A DNA stretch of 64,000 nucleotides from an uncultured bacterium (GCA_963841935.1 CAWJEP010000001.1:10487-74486), one strand, 5' to 3'; numbered from the stretch's first letter, positions 29,728 through 40,660 are shown. Made by a program: numbers and translations. The notes: generated by a model not told the origin, from the letters alone.

Positions 29728-31532
29728 TTATATCTCCTTAAAATTCGGATTGAAACTGTTTGGACTTACGGTGAGGTTAAATGTCGTGGATGTGTCGCCG
29801 CCGGAAGCGTCAAACGTCACATAGCAGGAATTGGTAAAGCCCGAAGGGAATTGTATTTGGATATTGAGACCGACATTTCCGGACGGCGCTCGATAATTAC
29901 CGGAACCGTCGTCGCTCATTACCGTGGAAGGACTTTGAGTGAATGCTCCGCCGTCAAAAGAGTAGCCGGAGGGATTCGGCTGGCAGGTGGTTGATTGAAC
30001 GGTCACAGTTACGGGAGAACTGAATCCTCCCGTAGGATTGACTTCCAGCGTGCTTACGTTCGTCGTGCCGCCTTCGTTGGCTACGAACTGTATGCTTGCC
30101 GAAGACGGGCCGGAAAGAGTAAAACCCGACGTGGGATTGTTGCCGTTACTACCGCCATTGTTACCGCCGTTGGTACCGCCGTTGGTACCGCCGTTGGTAC
30201 CCGTTCCAGTCTGACCCGATGGATAAGTGCACGGAGCGGTTCCCTCATAGTTGGTTGCGTTTGGATCTGTGCAAAGCTCCGAATATGTGCACGGTAGAGC
30301 GCCTCCGTAATTATTTGCGTTCGGGTCGACGCAAAGTTGCGCCGACGGATATGTGCACGGCGCGTAGCCGTCATAATTCGACGCGCTCGGGTCCGTGCAT
30401 TCCGCCGGACAAGAAGCCGTCGTGGAAATAACCGACCCGTCCCAACACGTCTGGGTTGTGGGATTTGTCGTGCACGACTGAGTGTTGCAATCCTGACTTT
30501 CCGAACTGCTTCCGGAACAAGTCGCGCCGCCGTTTGCCGGAGTGGGATTCGTGCAAGTTCTGGTCTGTGTTTGATTTCCGCCGCCACAAGTAGCAGAACA
30601 AGTTCCCCATCCAGACCAAGCCGACCAGCCACCGTTTACGGGACATACTTGGGTGTTGCAAGTTTGAGAACTGCTTCCGGAACAAGTCGCGCCGCCGTTT
30701 GCCGGAGTGGGATTCGTGCAAGTTCTGGTCTCCGTACCACCGCCGCAAGTTTCTGAACACGTTCCCCAACTTGACCAGCCGCCGTCGACTTTCGTGGGCG
30801 GAGTAACGCACGCTGGTTCAGTACATGTTTGAGTTTGCGTGCCTGTGCCGCTAGTATCTCCGGAGCAATCAGCACCGCCGTTTGCCGGAGCGGGATTCGT
30901 ACACGTTTTGGTCTGTGTACCGGTACCGCAAGTTACACTGCACGTTCCCCAAGCCGACCATTCGCCATTTACAGGACACGCTTGGGTATTGCAAATTTGA
31001 GATTCGGAACTGTCTCCGGAACAATCGGCTCCGCCGTTTGCCGGAGCAGGATTCGTGCAAGTTCGCGTCGCGGTTTGCGTGCCGCCACCGCAAGTGGCTG
31101 AACATGTTCCCCAACTTGACCAGTCGGACCAGCCGCCGTCCACCTTTTGTGGTGTCGGATTTGTTGAGGGACAATCGCTAAGAGCGCTTTGAGAGAACTC
31201 ATTCGTCACGCCGTCGGGACACGTCCAGTAACAAGGTTCTGTTCCGCGGTAGTTTGTTGCGGTGTGATCTAAACACGCGTTACCGCAAAATAGTCCGCAC
31301 TCGCCATTTGGATACGATGTTGTGGGGTCATTGGGACAAGTGCAGTCCGGGAGACTTCCGCCGCCTCCATAACCGCCACCGCCAAAAGGACCGCAGTTAA
31401 TGGCTGAGTTACTGCATGCGCCGCCATAATACCGCCAGATTCGCTCCCCACTTGGGCAAAAGCTAAATGAGAAGATAAAGAAAAAATCAGAGAGAAAATA
31501 AATATTCTTGATAAATATAATCTGGTATTCAT
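29728..31532 (-). CDS. Secreted Cys-rich protein with 4 thrombospondin type-1 repeats (one frameshift in the 5' 100 bp)
   Basis: 4x V(D/N)GxWSxW...CSxTCGxGTxxxxRTCTNPxPANGGAxCSG; 3x CxDPxAxNY; the frame stays open upstream of 31209 to ~31535, and the signal peptide [26 protein letters not shown] starts at 31532 in another frame. Confidence 0.88.
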
Positions 31533-31542
31533 ATTTTTATTT

Positions 31543-32925
31543 TTATATGTTTCCACTCATGGTCGGTGGTTGAGGCAAGGGCTTTTTCTTTTTTAACACA
31601 ACCACAATAGCCAAAATAACAAGAACGCCTGCGATTGCATAATATATGTACATCGTGGTGTTGGATGTCCATTGAGTCTTCGGTGACGGACACCTGTTCG
31701 CGTCACATATGTACAGAACGGATGAGGACGCGAGGATTGTCCCGTACTGGTCGGTAGTCTTTATGCTGAGAGTTAATGGTTCAAAAATATTTGTCGTGGG
31801 AGAAAAATGAATCTGGAAAGGATAGGATGAGGCGTTTCTTTCGGAGAAACCTCCGGACCAGACGCTCTTGCCAAGAGAATCAACAAGAGAAAGGTCAACC
31901 GTCGTCGTGGCCGCGGTGTTGGAGTAATTTTGGGTGAGGCATCCTGCCACGCTGTTTGAAACTCCAGCGGAAATTGGAAAATTGGAGAGGTAAAGCGAGC
32001 GGGCGCCCGGCTCCACGATGTCACTTCGACCTATGCGAAGAGAGAACATTGATTCTTTGTCGCCATCCTTTAGTTCTCCGACCAAAAGATATTTTGCGTG
32101 GACAAAATTGTTGTACGTGAAAGAAACGACACTATTTTTGTTCGGCGAAAGTTGAACGGAATCGGTTTCCGTGGCAACAAGCGCTGTGGGATTTATAAAA
32201 TTGCCGCTATATAGATACCAACCGACCGTGACATTATGAGAAGCGGTGTATGTATTCTCTACGCCAACTGAAGTAACCGCCGTCGGCACGGTAATTGTCG
32301 AAAGCATCTGCGTCATCGGCACAACGCCGTTCACTTTCATCGTCGGCAAATCAAAAAATGATGTTTGTTCTTCCGTTCCGGTAACGGCCAACGGATATGT
32401 GGCTAGCGGAATATTGAGATATTCGTTTCCTCCAATGGCAAATTGGTCGGAACCATTTAAAAACAAGTCAACTTGATATGGTCCGGTAACTAAATCTCGT
32501 GGCACGGGGTAATTGAAAGAAAATGACGCTGTTGCTTTGGGGTTTAGGTATATTCCCGTCAAAGGAATAATCCGGTCCACCGTGTCTGTCGCCATATCAT
32601 AGGAAGAACCGGATTTTTTTTGAAGTTTTACTACGCGAGCGACAAGAGTTAAGTCGGAAACCGGATAACTGTTGAGATTATCGATAGTGCCGGCAATAAT
32701 CACATTGCTACCGGCAGAGACTTTGGTATTACCCACAAGAAAACTCGCTCTAACGAGAGAGTTAGCCAAAAGACATGTCGAAGGGAAAATCAGTTGCGTC
32801 GGCGTGGTGGACGAAAACGAAATACCGGCTCCCAACTGAGAAACGTCGGCCGCCGAGACAAATTGAAAAGAAAGGAACGGTAGGAGAAAAAAAACAAAAG
32901 AAAATATAAGACGCCTAGAACTCAT
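31543..32925 (-). CDS. Secreted beta-rich protein with C-terminal TM anchor
   Basis: Signal peptide ending VSA-A; C-terminal TM followed by KKKK; start placed 7 nt after TATACT. Confidence 0.82.
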   Translation of the reverse strand: MSSRRLIFSFVFFLLPFLSFQFVSAADVSQLGAGISFSSTTPTQLIFPSTCLLANSLVRASFLVGNTKVSAGSNVIIAGTIDNLNSYPVSDLTLVARVVKLQKKSGSSYDMATDTVDRIIPLTGIYLNPKATASFSFNYPVPRDLVTGPYQVDLFLNGSDQFAIGGNEYLNIPLATYPLAVTGTEEQTSFFDLPTMKVNGVVPMTQMLSTITVPTAVTSVGVENTYTASHNVTVGWYLYSGNFINPTALVATETDSVQLSPNKNSVVSFTYNNFVHAKYLLVGELKDGDKESMFSLRIGRSDIVEPGARSLYLSNFPISAGVSNSVAGCLTQNYSNTAATTTVDLSLVDSLGKSVWSGGFSERNASSYPFQIHFSPTTNIFEPLTLSIKTTDQYGTILASSSVLYICDANRCPSPKTQWTSNTTMYIYYAIAGVLVILAIVVVLKKKKPLPQPPTMSGNI

Positions 32926-33009
32926 GCCGAAAAGTATACCAACTGACATGGAAATAAAAAGGGCTTCTCTTCGGTATTACTACCTTGGAGAAGCCCTTGA
33001 GAACTAATA

Positions 33010-34482
33010 CTACTCGTCATTGGAAGTCAGTCCTTTACTTGTCGATTGCCCTAGCACCTTCTTACGAATGCGTGCCAGTTCTGCGTAGACGATTGGTCTT
33101 AGAACATGAGCGCTCGCCGCTTCCTGAAGAAACAAACGAGCCGTTTCGTCCTTGCCAGCTTCCACATAGTAAAGACCAATAACGGACATGAGCGCCGGAT
33201 CGCGAGAACCGTCACTGTACGGCTTGAGCAGAATTGCCTCTGCTCGAGCGCCGTATAGCGGAATGTATGGCGACAACACCGAACTCTTGGCCATATATCC
33301 CATCTCCTTAACGATGAAGTTGCCCTGAATCCGAGCGCGAGTGACCGGGTCGGCATCCGATAGATGCAGTTCCGGAATCACGACCGAATCAACCTTCAAG
33401 AGGTTGAGTGGATTCTCCATCGCCTGCGGCAAATAGTCCGAAAGCTCTTTGGTCACATCGGCGAAACCCATGCCGAAACACTGCCTAAACAGTGCCTCGG
33501 TAGCAGGCTCGCGCGATGACTTGTCGACGAAATCCCACAGTGCCTTGCGGCGCGCGTGAGTCTCGTCTACAAATACCCAATACAAGAAAAGAGAGCCTTC
33601 GTAATGCCACAAGTCCAGCTGGTACTGCGACCCTTGCTGCGCCTCGCCGAACGGTCCGGTAAGGAAGCTTCCCATAGGTATGAGTGACGCCGGTTCGACT
33701 CTGTAGAGCTTGCCGTCGTCATCCTTGAATACCTTATAGCCTTGTGGATTTGGGGTTCCAGCGGTTACCGGAACATTAATCCTCGGCCAATACACCGATG
33801 GAATCGTCAGTGCCTCCTCGTCAGACCAGCGGATTTGCTGATAGAGAGAAAACACCGTCGACTGGAACCAGTAAGGAAGCGTAGGGATCCGACGCTCAAG
33901 CATGTTGAGCACATAGCCGATGGTTAGGCTGATGCCCCTGCGATCGCCATCATTTAGCTCGACCATCATCGTGGTGGATTCGGAATCCGTGAGACTGACT
34001 TGGGGAACCATGCCATAAAGCGATGATACCCTGCCGTTGGAGGTTACTCTCGAGGATCTTTCCGAAGACTCGGAATCTCCAACGGCTTTCACGATTTCCT
34101 TGCCCATCTTGTCTCCCATTTCTGGGGGGATGAGGATGAGTGTTATTGGCGCGGTGCGCTCGAACTGTAAACGCGACGGCAGAATCTCTTCCAACTCCGC
34201 TAGTCGTTGCGTAAACTGTCCGACAAACCACAGGGTCGTACTGTCGCTACACTTGGAGATGACTTCGAGGCCCGGAACAGATAAGTATGTCCAAGGCTTC
34301 GTCCCCTTCTGCGGATTTTCCTCCGTAACCATAAATGGCGGGAGATCTACCCTCTTACCTTCGCGAAACGCCTTGAGCTCTTGGTCGCTCCTGGCATCCG
34401 CGTTGATGTTCCTGACAAAGAGTCCGAGTGCGACGAATGCCGCAACAAGAACTCGAATCACTAACTTGTTGTTGAGATGCAT
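33010..34482 (-). CDS. Secreted hypothetical protein resembling an Opitutaceae family
   Basis: Signal peptide; VDLPPFMV..E...PWTY...EVISKCSD; RRKALWDFV...EPATEALFRQCFGMG; own promoter, AGGAG SD and terminator 32959-32998. Confidence 0.75.
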   Translation of the reverse strand: MHLNNKLVIRVLVAAFVALGLFVRNINADARSDQELKAFREGKRVDLPPFMVTEENPQKGTKPWTYLSVPGLEVISKCSDSTTLWFVGQFTQRLAELEEILPSRLQFERTAPITLILIPPEMGDKMGKEIVKAVGDSESSERSSRVTSNGRVSSLYGMVPQVSLTDSESTTMMVELNDGDRRGISLTIGYVLNMLERRIPTLPYWFQSTVFSLYQQIRWSDEEALTIPSVYWPRINVPVTAGTPNPQGYKVFKDDDGKLYRVEPASLIPMGSFLTGPFGEAQQGSQYQLDLWHYEGSLFLYWVFVDETHARRKALWDFVDKSSREPATEALFRQCFGMGFADVTKELSDYLPQAMENPLNLLKVDSVVIPELHLSDADPVTRARIQGNFIVKEMGYMAKSSVLSPYIPLYGARAEAILLKPYSDGSRDPALMSVIGLYYVEAGKDETARLFLQEAASAHVLRPIVYAELARIRKKVLGQSTSKGLTSNDE

Positions 34483-34698
34483 TTTTGTGCACTCCTTTCT
34501 GTTTTGATTGTTACTTTGTGTGTGAAACTGACAAAAATGTCAATGTACTATCACCTACATTATACTACAATGACTAGGCACTTGTCAACTACCCTAAAAA
34601 GTGTTCTGCTCATTGACTCCCCATTAGCCCCGTGGTAGGCTTATTTCGTTACAAGTTCGCCTCGCGGCGGACTTCTTTTATTAATAGACCACATATAT

Positions 34699-35847
34699 AT
34701 GTTATTCGACCTTAAAACAATCCATTCCGTCTTGGGACAACTCGAGGAGGAGCGTGGCATACCGAAAGAGAAAATCATCGAGGCAATCGAGGCGGCTCTC
34801 GCGACCGCGTACAAAAAAGAATACGGCAAGCGAGGCCAAATAGTGCGCGCCAAGTTTGATCTCACCACGGGTGCCACGGAATTTTATCAGGTGAAAGAAG
34901 TTGTCGACGATTCCAAGGTCGTGGTCATCGGCGAGGAAGAAGAAATGCCGGAACTCGCGGAAGGCGACGAACGCGAACGCTACAATCCGGAGAAACATAT
35001 TCTCATCGAAGACGCGCGCATGATGAAAAAAGGCGCGGGACTCGGCGAGGAAATAATCTTCCCGCTCGAAATGAAAGCTGATTTCGGCCGCATCGCCGCT
35101 CAAACGGCGAAACAAGTCATCATTCAGAAAATCCGCGAGGCCGAGCGCACTTCCGTCATCGGAGAATTCGGCAAACGAGAGGGCGACATTGTCACAGGCT
35201 CGGTAGAAAGAGTCGAGCGCGGCACGATATTCGTAAATATGGGCCGCGCCGTCGGTATTCTTCCTTTTGAAGAACAGATTCGCGGAGAACATTTCCGCCA
35301 AGGAGAAAGACTTCGCGCCTATCTTTATCGCGTGGAAGAAAATCCTCGCGGCGTCTTTCTCCGTCTCTCGCGTTCGCACCCGAAATTCTTGGAAAAACTT
35401 TTCGAAATGGAATCGCCGGAAGTGGCCAACGGCACGGTCGTAGTCAAAGCCGTCGCTCGCGAAGCCGGAAGTCGTTCAAAAATCGCCGCGGTCTCGACCG
35501 ACGAACACGTGGACCCCGTCGGCTCACTCGTCGGGGGCCGTGGCGTTCGAGTCTCGACCGTCATGAGCGAACTTCACGGAGAAAAAATAGATATTATCGA
35601 ATGGAGCGCCGACCCGAAAAAATTTATCGAGGACGCTTTGTCCCCGGCGAAAGTTCTAAAAGTCACGACCGACGAAGCCAGCAAAACCGCAATCGTCGAA
35701 GTCTCCGACGACGAGCAGTCGCTCGCCATTGGCCGTGGCGGACAAAATGTCCGCCTCGCCGCCAAGCTTACCGGCTGGAAAATAGATATTCGCGGTCAAG
35801 GAGGCAAACAGCTCGTTGGAGCGGAGGAAGTTGCGAAAGAAAATTAA
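34699..35847 (+). CDS. nusA: Transcription termination factor NusA
   Basis: FGRIAAQTAKQVI, AREAGSRSKIA, SLAIGRGGQNVRLAAKLTGWKIDI. Confidence 0.98.
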   Translation: MLFDLKTIHSVLGQLEEERGIPKEKIIEAIEAALATAYKKEYGKRGQIVRAKFDLTTGATEFYQVKEVVDDSKVVVIGEEEEMPELAEGDERERYNPEKHILIEDARMMKKGAGLGEEIIFPLEMKADFGRIAAQTAKQVIIQKIREAERTSVIGEFGKREGDIVTGSVERVERGTIFVNMGRAVGILPFEEQIRGEHFRQGERLRAYLYRVEENPRGVFLRLSRSHPKFLEKLFEMESPEVANGTVVVKAVAREAGSRSKIAAVSTDEHVDPVGSLVGGRGVRVSTVMSELHGEKIDIIEWSADPKKFIEDALSPAKVLKVTTDEASKTAIVEVSDDEQSLAIGRGGQNVRLAAKLTGWKIDIRGQGGKQLVGAEEVAKEN

Positions 35848-35865
35848 TCGAATAATATTTAGCGT

Positions 35866-37850
35866 ATGAATTCATACATTATTTTCGCCCTCGGAAGCGC
35901 GGTGCTCGCGATTGTTTACGGACTCGTATTGATAAAAAATATTTTGGCGAAGCCCGCTGGCAACGACAAGATGAAAGAAATCGCCCTCGCCATTCAGCAA
36001 GGCGCCAAAGCGTATCTCGCGAGGCAATACAAAACTATCGCTGGAATCGCCGTCGTTCTCTTTATCGTTTTGTGGCTCGCGCTCGGACTTACGCTCGCTT
36101 TAGGATTCCTTACCGGCGCGATACTTTCCGCTCTTGCCGGATTTATCGGTATGAATGTTTCCGTTCGCGCCAATTCTCGAACGGCTGAAGCCGCGAGAGG
36201 CGGTATTGACGCCGCGCTCAAACTGGCTTTTAACGGCGGCGCGGTCACGGGACTTCTCGTCGTCGGTCTCGCCCTTCTCGGCGTCACTTCTTTCTACGCG
36301 ATTACCGGCGGCGTTGATTCGCTCATCGGGCTCGCCTTCGGAGCGTCGCTTATTTCCGTTTTCGCCCGCCTTGGCGGAGGTATTTTTACAAAAGCAGCCG
36401 ACGTTGGCACCGACCTCGTCGGTAAAGTCGAAGCTGGAATCCCCGAGGATGACCCGAGAAACCCCGGAGTCATCGCCGACAACGTCGGAGACAACGTCGG
36501 AGACTGCGCCGGCATGGCCGCCGACCTTTTTGAAACTTACGCCGTCACGACTATCGCCTCGATGATGCTCGCGTCAGTGATATTTCCGGGAAATCAAAAC
36601 GCCGTCATATATCCTCTCGTCCTCGGCGGTGTGGCGATAATCGCTTCCATCATCGGCACTTGGTTCGTACATATGGGCAAATCAAAAAATATTATGGGTG
36701 CGATGTACAAAGGCCTCGCCGTTGCCGGAGTTCTCGCCGGAATCGCTTTCTACTTCGTGACGAAAGTTTTGATGGCGGCAAACGGACAATTTTCCACTGG
36801 CAATCTTTTTGGTTGCGCCGTCATCGGACTTCTCGTTACCGCGGCACTTGTCGTCATCACCGAATATTACACTTCAACCAAATACGCTCCGGTTAAATCC
36901 ATCGCCAAAGCGTCGGTCTCCGGTCACGGCACGAATATTATTCAAGGTTTGGCCATGTCGATGAAATCAACCGCTTGGCCGCTCATTAGCATCGTCGTCG
37001 GAATTCTCTTCGCTTATCACTTCGGAGGCCTTTACGGCATCGCTATCGCCGCGATGAGTATGCTTTCGATGGCCGGAATCATTATCGCCATTGACGCTTA
37101 CGACCCATCACCGACAACGCCGGTGGCATCGCAGAAATGGCCGACCTTCCGCAAGAAGTCCGCGATGTTACCGACCCGCTTGACGCCGTCGGCAACACGA
37201 CCAAAGCCGTTACCAAAGGTTATGCCATCGGCTCCGCCGGACTCGCGGCTCTCGTTCTCTTCGCTTCTTACACTCAAGCTACTCACGGACTTCATTTCGA
37301 GCTCGGTGACCCGCGTGTCATCGTTGGACTCTTTCTCGGAGGACTTCTTCCTTATTACTTCGCGGCGCTTTCGATGGAAGCCGTCGGCAAAGCAGCGGGA
37401 CAAGTCGTCGAAGAAGTGCGAAGGCAATTCCGTGAAATCAAAGGCATTATGCAAGGCACGGCCAAGCCAGATTACGCTCGTTGCGTCGACATCGTGACTT
37501 CGGCGGCAATCAAAGAAATGATTCTGCCGGCACTCATTCCTGTTCTCGCTCCGATTGTCGTCGGTTTCGTCCTCGGACCGGTTGCTCTCGGCGGACTTCT
37601 CGTCGGCTCGATTGTCACCGGACTTTTCGTTGCCATCTCGATGACTTCCGGCGGCGGCGCTTGGGACAACGCGAAAAAACTTATTGAACAAGGCGAGCAC
37701 GGCGGTAAAGGCAGCGACGCTCACAAAGCGGCAGTCACCGGCGACACCGTCGGCGATCCTTACAAAGACACCGCCGGTCCCGCCATCAATCCGATGATTA
37801 AAATCCTGAACATTGTGGCGCTTCTTATCGTCAGCTTCTTAATCAAATAG
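35866..37850 (+). CDS. hppA: Membrane proton-translocating pyrophosphatase, K+-independent type (one base missing near 37102)
   Basis: [26 protein letters not shown] (Lys variant), [11 protein letters not shown]; DAYGPITDNA is split by a missing G. Confidence 0.93.
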
Positions 37851-37925
37851 CAAGTCTCGACAAAGTTACTCGGATTTCCTACACTACAAAGTAGTGTTCG
37901 AAATTATTAATAACCAAACAAAAGT

Positions 37926-38132
37926 ATGAATCCTGAACAGCAGAATCAGCCGAAAGAAAAATCTTTTGGCGCGACCATAGGCATCATAGTCATCGTCATC
38001 GTTCTCGTGCTCGGAGCGCTATATTTCTGGGGCGGCCAGTCCGGCAGCCAGACTTCCGCGCCGATGCAGACTACGACCACCACGACAGCAACAACGACGG
38101 CTTCCACGACTACGGCCACGGTTGGACAATAG
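37926..38132 (+). CDS. Small single-TM protein with Thr-rich tail
   Basis: GATIGIIVIVIVLVLGALYFWG...TTTTTT. Confidence 0.7.
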   Translation: MNPEQQNQPKEKSFGATIGIIVIVIVLVLGALYFWGGQSGSQTSAPMQTTTTTTATTTASTTTATVGQ

Positions 38133-38136
38133 GACA

Positions 38137-38219
38137 AAAAAGCCGCTAGTAAGATATTTTTTCGCTTGTGCGCTTCGCTCCGACTTACGCGCTCAAAAAT
38201 ATCTTACTAGCGGCTTTTT
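38137..38219. repeat. Conserved-core palindrome copy 2 (intergenic, terminator-like)
   Basis: 25-bp arms aaaaagccgctagtaagatattttt around the identical 33-bp core (38162-38194). Confidence 0.95.
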
Positions 38220-38258
38220 GTTTGCCTAAACGGAAATCCTAAGATAAAGTGTTTTTCT

Positions 38259-39284
38259 ATGTCACACAATCATTCATACAAAGTCTCGGTAAAAAAGCTT
38301 CCAAAAAGCCAGCTCGAAATCGAGTCTGAAATTCCCGCGGACGAGTTTTCAGCCCATATCAAAGACGCCGTTGACGAAGCGGTGCGCGAAGCGGAAATAA
38401 AAGGCTTTCGCAAAGGCGCCGCGCCGGAGAAACTCGTCCGCGAGAAAATCGGCGATGACGCGCTTCTTCACGAAGCCGCGAGTGCCGCCATCTCTCACGC
38501 CTACGGCCACATCGTCGAAGCGGAAAAAATAGACGCCATCGGCAGACCGCAAGTGACCATCACGAAAATCGCCGAAGGCAATCCTTTGGGATTTAAATTC
38601 GTCACCGCCGTGGTGCCGGAAATAAAAGATTTCGATTACAAAGAAATCGCCAAAAAAGAAAATAAAAAAGAAAAATCCAAATCGGAAGTTACCGAAAAAG
38701 AATTTGCCGAGACACTTGAAAATGTTTTGAAAAATTATCAGCCGAAGCGACAAAATTGGAAAAAGCTCCGGAACTTTCGGACGAGCTCGTGAAAAAATTC
38801 GGCGAATTTTCTTCGGCCGACGATTTCAAAAAGAAACTTCGCGAACAAATGCTTGCGGAAAAAGAACAAAAGGAAGTGGAGAAAAAACGCGTAGCTCTTA
38901 TAGATGCTTTGGTCTCCGGAGTCTCCATAGAAATTCCGGAAATACTTGGTGCAAAGCGAGCTTGACAGGATGCTTTCGGAAATGAAAAACGACGTTTCAC
39001 GGATGGGACTTTCGTGGACTGACTATCTGAAACACTTGAAGAAAACCGAGGATGATATGAAAAAAGATTGGAACGAAGCCGCGAAAAAGAGAGTGATGCT
39101 CGAACTCATCACCGAACACATAGCCAAGACGGAAAAAATTTCCGCCGACGAGAAAAAAGTTTCGGAGGAAGTAAAACACATTCAAGAACACCACAAAGAC
39201 ATAGACGCCGCGCGCGCCCGTTCGTATTTTGAACACATTTTCCAAAACCAAGCGGTCTTCGAATTTCTAGAGGGACAAAAGTAA
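38259..39284 (+). CDS. tig: Trigger factor lacking the FKBP domain (two compensating frameshifts near 38740 and 38945)
   Basis: IKGFRKGAAP ribosome-binding motif; the C-terminal domain is spread over ORFs 38756 and 38946. Confidence 0.88.
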
Positions 39285-40052
39285 AGCTGCTGCCGCAACC
39301 GACGCCGTTTCGGCGCGCAGAGTTTGCTCGCCGAGCGACACAGACGGAATTCTGCGCGCCGAAAAATATTCTTTTTCTTCTTTGCTCCATCCGCCTTCGG
39401 GGCCGATGAAAATAGAAATGGCGCGCAAAACATTTTGCGCCGAGGGAACTTCCGCGCGAGAGTTTTTCTCGCTTGTGCGCTTCGCTCCGACTACGCGCTC
39501 CAAAAACTCTCGCGCGGAAGTTCCCGAGTGGCCTCCAGAAAAATGTTTTGCGCTTCCTTCTAGAACCACAGGATTTTCTGCCTGCTCTAGCGCTAGTTCC
39601 AATTTTTCTGGCTCAAAAATTTCCGGCACTCTTCCCCACCCCGATTGCTCCGCGGCTTCTTTTACTATTTTTTCCTCGCGTTTCAAATCAAAACCGAGTT
39701 TCTCACTTCGCTCCGCGACGATTGGATGAAAACTTGCCGCGCCGAGCTCGGTGGCTTTTTGCAAAACCCATTCAAGTTTGTCTTTTTTTATAAGCGCCGG
39801 ATAGATGTGCAAAGCGACGCTCGGCGCGGCGATCGACGGCGAGCTTTCTTCCACGTGAAAGACGGCGCCGTCCTTCCTAAGAGACGCGAGTGTGGAAACA
39901 TATTCAAATCCGTCCCCGTCGAAAAGTATCACCCGCTCCCCCGCTCCCATCCTGAAAACTTTTCCGAGCTGGTGCGACAGGGCCGGATCGGCGACGACGA
40001 GGTCGGCGCCGACTTTGGCTTTGTTTCTGACGAAAAATCTTTGCAGTTTCAT
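39267..40052 (-). CDS. rsmE: 16S rRNA m3U1498 methyltransferase with palindrome-derived insert
   Basis: [29 protein letters not shown]. Confidence 0.95.
   Translation of the reverse strand: MKLQRFFVRNKAKVGADLVVADPALSHQLGKVFRMGAGERVILFDGDGFEYVSTLASLRKDGAVFHVEESSPSIAAPSVALHIYPALIKKDKLEWVLQKATELGAASFHPIVAERSEKLGFDLKREEKIVKEAAEQSGWGRVPEIFEPEKLELALEQAENPVVLEGSAKHFSGGHSGTSAREFLERVVGAKRTSEKNSRAEVPSAQNVLRAISIFIGPEGGWSKEEKEYFSARRIPSVSLGEQTLRAETASVAAAALLLSL
39444..39525. repeat. Conserved-core palindrome copy 3 (inside rsmE)
   Basis: 24-bp arms gggaacttccgcgcgagagttttt around the core with a 1-nt deletion (39469-39500). Confidence 0.95.
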
Positions 40053-40075
40053 ATGGAGTATTATATAGTCTTTTT

Positions 40076-40660
40076 ATGTCAATCTTAATTCCCACGGTTA
40101 TAGAGAAAACAAATATGGGCGAACGCGCCTACGATATTTACTCGCGCCTCCTCAAGGACAACATTATTTTCTTGGGCGGCCCTATCGACGACAATACGGC
40201 GAACATCGTCATCGCCCAGCTTCTTTTCCTCCAATCGGAAAATCCGAAAAAAGATATTTCTCTTTATGTAAACTCCCCCGGCGGCTCCGTCACCTCGACT
40301 TTGGCCATCATCGACACGATGAATCACATAGGAAACGATGTTTCGACCGTCTGCGTCGGCATTGCCGCTTCTGGCGCCGCGATGATTTTATCCGCCGGCA
40401 AAAAAGGCAAACGTTACGCACTCCCCAACGCCGAAGTCATGATCCACCAGCCGCTCGGCGGCGTCGAAGGCCAAGCCACCGACATCGCCATCACCGCCAA
40501 ACATATTTTGAAAACAAAGGACCGCTTGAACAAGATGCTCGCCGAAAATTGCGGCAAACCTCTAGCCGAAATCGAGCGCGACGTGGAAAGAGACTTCTTT
40601 ATGTCTTCCGACGAGGCCAAAAAATACGGCATCATTGACAAAATCCTTGGACAGAAATAG
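40076..40660 (+). CDS. clpP: ATP-dependent Clp protease proteolytic subunit
   Basis: [33 protein letters not shown]. Confidence 0.98.
   Translation: MSILIPTVIEKTNMGERAYDIYSRLLKDNIIFLGGPIDDNTANIVIAQLLFLQSENPKKDISLYVNSPGGSVTSTLAIIDTMNHIGNDVSTVCVGIAASGAAMILSAGKKGKRYALPNAEVMIHQPLGGVEGQATDIAITAKHILKTKDRLNKMLAENCGKPLAEIERDVERDFFMSSDEAKKYGIIDKILGQK

Noticed and set aside
30160-30200. 12-bp tandem repeat (gttggtaccgcc)
   Set aside because: Simply encodes the GTNG linker of the TSP1 protein
30475-31143. Regularly spaced DNA repeats as a CRISPR array
   Set aside because: They are in-frame TSP1 coding repeats with homologous spacers; no cas genes
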